Shown: piece after piece, positions 59,865 to 64,000 of the stretch
Position numbering within the stretch: position 1 is the stretch's first letter
Layout of the letters: each line of letters opens with the position of its first letter
NCBI GenBank assembly: GCA_964016885.1
Contig: OZ024759.1
Location: forward strand, 27,838,001 to 27,902,000
Source: Eledone cirrhosa
Taxonomy: Eukaryota
Direction: 5' to 3'
DNA length: 64,000 nucleotides
Position numbers and translations under genes: made by a program
The notes under the pieces: generated by a model
The model's input: only the letters and a program-made list of their open reading frames with translations
Databases searched by the model: none
What the model was told of the DNA's origin: nothing

Positions 59865-60171
59865 GGATCCAGCCTGAGATGCAGAAGAAGCTCAGGGACA
59901 ACCAGAACGGCTTCAGAGAGGGAAGATCAACCACCAGTCACATCCTGATGCTGAGGAGGATATTAGAGGGAGCTAGAGCAAAGTGACTTCCTGTGATCAT
60001 GGTTTTCATTGATCTTAGGAAGGCCTTTGATTCTGTGGACAATCACTGCCTGATGAAGATCTTACAGGCTTATGGAATCCCCAAGAAGATAGTGAACCTG
60101 ATATCACTGCTCTACACCAACACCAAAGCCCAAGTCATTACACCTGATGGGATGACAGAGTTCTTTGAGAT
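59865..60171 (+). mobile_element. LINE reverse-transcriptase core fragment (intronic)
   Basis: LRDNQNGFREGRSTTSHILMLRRILE...VFIDLRKAFDSV...YGIP...PDGMTEFFEI, with one in-frame stop. Confidence 0.9.
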
Positions 60172-60409
60172 ATATATATATATATATAAATGTAAGTATG
60201 CACATGTACACATACATACATACACACACATATATATACGTATACATATGTACAAATGGGTTATATCAAACACTAATAATAATGTTTGATTCGATTGTAA
60301 ACAAACAGCCTGATTTGAAGCTGTGCCAAGCTGGAGACCAATTGTCACCTGTTATAGAAATAAATTTGAAATTTGAAATACATGCTTCATCATCATTTTT
60401 GAAACACCC

Positions 60410-61032
60410 AATGTGCTGTGCACTCAATATGTTAATGGAGTTCCACTGAAGCAAATTCAGGTTCATGAGTGATGTAAGGCAAGAGGCTGAATTAAGTGCA
60501 AGAATTACAAAAGTTGGTGCAGTAATGCACCAGCTTCAGCTTTCAGTAATCTGAAGGGAGGTAGGTGTAAAAGCCAAACTCACCATCTTCAATTTGGTTT
60601 TCGTGTCAACCCTTACCTATTGTCATGAATCTTGGGAAATGACTGAAAGAATACAATCACAGATACAAGCGGCCAAAATGGGGGTTCCTCAGAAGTGTCT
60701 TTGAAGTAACATTACTCGATAAAGTGCGTAGCTCATAGATCAGAAAGTCACTCCAGGTAGAGCTGCTACTTCTCCAAATTGCGAGATCACAGCTCTGATA
60801 CTATGGGCATGTGGTTAGAATGTCTCAGGAAAGAAATACTGGATATATTTTACGAGCACAACCAACTGGCAAGAGGCCCAGGAGTAGACCCTGAGCAAGA
60901 TGGTTGGATAACATCCATAAGCTTGGCTGGTCTTGCTTGGGGATCCAGCCAGATCAATTGGAGGTGATTGCTTCTGACAGGACCCTCAGGAATAAGTGGG
61001 AGAAGAAGAGGAAGAAGAAGCAGAAGAAGAAG
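60410..61032 (+). mobile_element. RTE-clade LINE 3' fragment (13-kb family, intronic)
   Basis: Colinear with 12962-13590, with a (gaa)n tail. Confidence 0.85.
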
Positions 61033-61064
61033 ACTTATTATTTCTGTGTTTCTGTTTCACTTAC

Positions 61065-61244
61065 TTTCAAATTTATTTGCCTGTTCTGGAACTTCCATCC
61101 TCTCTGTGTGTTTTGAAAGAAACCATTGTAGCGGAAGGAATATAATGGCCACAACAAACGCCGCTGTACTGCAGATTCTCCATGTCCATGTAGCACCAAA
61201 TATGGTAAATAGAAGACCTGTGGCAATACCGCCAACACCACGAC
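61065..61244 (-). CDS. MFSD6: MFSD6-like major facilitator transporter, penultimate coding exon (last TM helices)
   Basis: Minus strand reads ctttttgttcag|GTCGTGGT...TTTGAAA|gtaagt. The exon is 180 nt, phase 1-1, and encodes (G)RGVGGIATGLLFTIFGATWTWRICSTAAFVVAIIFLPLQWFLSKHTERMEVPEQANKFE. This resembles the MFSD6-family C-terminal 'GRGxG..GG.L...FGA..TFR......LIQW' segment, recognised from memory and not searched. Confidence 0.82.
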
Positions 61245-61276
61245 CTGAACAAAAAGAATATATATTATGGTAAATA

Positions 61277-61741
61277 CAAGGGTCTGCTGAAAAGTTCATA
61301 GGGTGACCAAGATATTCTCATGGAATGACCAAATGAAGTTCATTTGTCAACATAGTACCTGGAAAGAAACAACGCAGTTATTAATAAGAAGAATTGAAAT
61401 AGGCTGAAAAGTTCATAGGCTGATCAAGATACTCTCATGTATGACCAAATGAGGTTTATTTTTCAACATAGTCCCGGGAAAGAAACAATGCTGTTATTAA
61501 TAAGAAGATTTGAAATTAATGTATGCAAGATTTCACAGCCATAGCACCACTCCTTTTTAAAGTCAGACAATGACCAAAATACTCGCATGGAATGACTAAA
61601 TGAGGTTTATTTTTTAACATAGTTCCTGGAAAGAAACAATGTAGTTATTAATAAGAAGAGTTGAAATAAATGTACGCAAGATTTCATATCCCTAGCATCA
61701 ATCCTTCATAGTCAGTCTAAGAACATTTCAGCTGACCCTCA
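61277..61741. mobile_element. Mariner-type MITE with internal triplication
   Basis: TIRs caagggtctgctgaaaagttc / gaacatttcagctgaccctca, TA on both sides. The empty site can be reconstructed as ggtaaaTAgaaga. Confidence 0.8.
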
Positions 61742-62084
61742 TAGAAGATCTGTGACAATACTACCCACACTGTGAGAGGAAAAAGAGTATACCAACTATT
61801 GCAGACCTATTACACAAATGTAGTATTGTCAACACAACACCTGAAGAATAAAGTATAGAATCTATAGTAAATAGAAGATATGTGACAATGCTGTTAACAT
61901 TATGACCTGATAAAGAAGAATAACAGTTTAATGTTAGCCCTTTCATTACCATATGTTGAACTAGCTGATGTATTTAGCTTCACCCGGATAAATAGATGAT
62001 AAGAGACGACCGAAAGAAGAGAAAACGACTGTATTGGATGCATTGTTTGGTTTCCAGTATGAGGTTAAAAAATGATTCTCTTGT

Positions 62085-62312
62085 ATTCAACTTTGAAACT
62101 CTGAGCCTGAGCTTTATTTATGATCAGAGTAAAACTGGCTCTAACAGGCGACTGAAGTCTTGAGAATTTGAACAGCAGCTCGGTAGAAGAAGGGATTAGA
62201 GGAATCTTGGGAATAAATGCATTTTTTCCTTGATGATTGCCTCCAAGAATACTAACCTCTAGGGGATGGTTCATCTTCTGCCTGACTGTTAAGTGTATGC
62301 CATTGCACAGAC
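62085..62312 (-). mobile_element. Helitron PIF1-type helicase C-terminal fragment
   Basis: LCNGIHLTV...FIPKIPLIPS..LLFKFSRLQSPVRASFTLIINKAQAQS matches the Helitron 'LCNGTRL...IPRIPL...FKRLQFPVRLAFAMTINKSQGQS' motif. Confidence 0.85.
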
Positions 62313-62354
62313 AAGAATTTAAAATACTTTCCTCATTATTTATCTGGTGTTTAA

Positions 62355-62496
62355 GGGCAGTGGATTGGCAGTATCGGTAGAGCGTCGGACAACATGCTAT
62401 GTGGCATATAGTTATGGCCCTTTATGCTATGAATTCAAATCCCTATGAGGTTAGCTTTGTCTTTCATCCTTATGGGCTTGATAAAATGAAGTACCA
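62355..62496 (+). mobile_element. SINE family N, 3'-truncated
   Basis: ggcagtggattggcagtatcggtagagcg...ataaaatgaagtaccag. Confidence 0.8.
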
Positions 62497-62730
62497 GCAA
62501 TTCGTTCCTGAGACATTCTAACCACATGCCCATAGTATCGGAGCTGTGATCTCTCAATTCGGAGAAGTACCGGCTCTACCTGGAGTGACTCCCTGATCTC
62601 CGAGCTACGCACTTTATCAAGTAATGTTACTGCAAAGGCCCTTCGGAGGAATTCCATTTAGGCTGCTTGTATTCACACTCGTATTCTTTCGGTCAATACC
62701 CAAGATTCATGACCCTAGGTAAGGGTTGGC
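62497..62730 (-). mobile_element. RTE-clade LINE fragment (13-kb family)
   Basis: MEFLRRAFAVTLLDKVRSSEIRESLQVEPVLLRIERSQLRYYGHVVRM. Confidence 0.85.
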
Positions 62731-64000
62731 CACAGGAACCTCTCGCCTGTTTTCAAAGTCCAGCAGTTGCAAGACTAGGAGGGGTCGTGCTGATGAGAAC
62801 GAGTTCAGTTCGAAATGTACATCCACGATTGTCCCCTTTGCTTCTGCTGGACACCACCAGATTGCATTAGTCGCTGGTGTTTTGGCATAGCTATGGCTCT
62901 CTAAATGTTTATTTTAAACATACCATAATTCTTCTGAAATACGAAATTCCAATATACATCTGTATACAACTATGCCTGAAGCTAAATTGTAATCATATAT
63001 ATATAAACATGCACACATAATACACAAATAATGATTGATATAAGCATAAAAAAGTTGCCATGAAATTCAAGATTATATATACCCACACTTATACAACCTC
63101 AAGTAATATACATAATGAAAAATACATTAGACATACATACAATATACATACATAAACAACATACAGATATATGCTTACACATAATACACAATACATATAC
63201 ACAGACATATACACACTTTTCACAACACATGTTCATATATACACATACACACATGTTCATAAATACACATACACACATATACATTTACACACACATACAT
63301 TACACACACATGCTCATATATACACATACACACTTTGCACAACACATGCTTATATATACACATACATGCTCACAGACACATATACACTTTGCACAATATA
63401 CACATGCACACTTACACACACACACACACACACACAAAAAGAATATCAAATCAAATGAAAAAAAAAAGCTAAAGTTAATTACAACAACAACAACAACAGC
63501 ATCATCATCAACAACAGCATCAACATCATCATCATCATCAACAACAACAACGAGGAGTTCAATATAGTTGTGTTAGCAGTAATGAGGTCTGTGGATAAAT
63601 TGATGTAGAAATGGTAAATTATGGATATGTTGGGAAGGGGTGGTGTTGGTGGGGTGTTAGGGGTAGTGTATATATAATGACTGTTGTTGTTGTTGCTGTC
63701 ATTGTTGTTGTTGTTGTCGTTATTGCTGTTGTTATTGTTGTTGTTGTTGACATTGTTGTTGTTGTCGTTATTGCCATTGCTGTTGTTATTGGTGTTGTTG
63801 TCATTGTTGTTGTTGTTAATATTGCCATTGCTGTTCTTATTGTTGTTGTCGTCGTTGTTGATATTGGCATTGCTGTCCTTATTGCTGTTGTTGTCGTCAT
63901 CATTGTCATCTTTGTTGTTGTTGTTGTCGTCATTGATATTGCCATTGCTGTTCTTATTGCTGTTGTTGTTGTTGTTGTTATCGCTGTTGTTGTTGTTGTT

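Noticed and set aside
62065-62312. Host PIF1 helicase gene
   Set aside because: Isolated fragment with degraded conserved motifs and no splice context, probably inside an intron; better explained as a Helitron remnant.

Overview
AT-rich, microsatellite-saturated animal genomic DNA. The SINE repertoire and huge (TA)n/(CA)n tracts look like an octopod cephalopod; this is an inference, not a database result. Nearly all ORF-track entries are microsatellite artefacts. The only host gene I can support is the 3' end of an MFSD6-like major-facilitator transporter on the minus strand, with two spliced exons (61065-61244 and 58760-58878) and its 5' part probably beyond the right edge. The rest is TE debris: four tRNA-derived SINE families, RTE and CR1 LINE fragments, Tc1/mariner/pogo MITEs, a Helitron helicase fragment and minisatellites. 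The main hidden signal is a set of at least 6 sequence-distinct short non-coding elements, mostly embedded in or next to (TA)n tracts. They carry type I hammerhead-ribozyme motifs (CUGANGA / stem II / GAAA / stem III / NUH). Nearly all have a self-complementary stem III, and many are laid down as head-to-head fold-back palindromes. This matches Penelope-like-element pseudo-LTRs or non-autonomous retrozymes. Unusual variants include a tandem array with U3/A8 cores, a CUGAAUGA core, a family holding only the 3' half of the ribozyme, a stuttered stem II, and an intact-core copy in the loop of a long hairpin 2.35 kb downstream of the MFSD6-like stop codon in the sense orientation. Folding was done by eye, and catalytic activity is untested.
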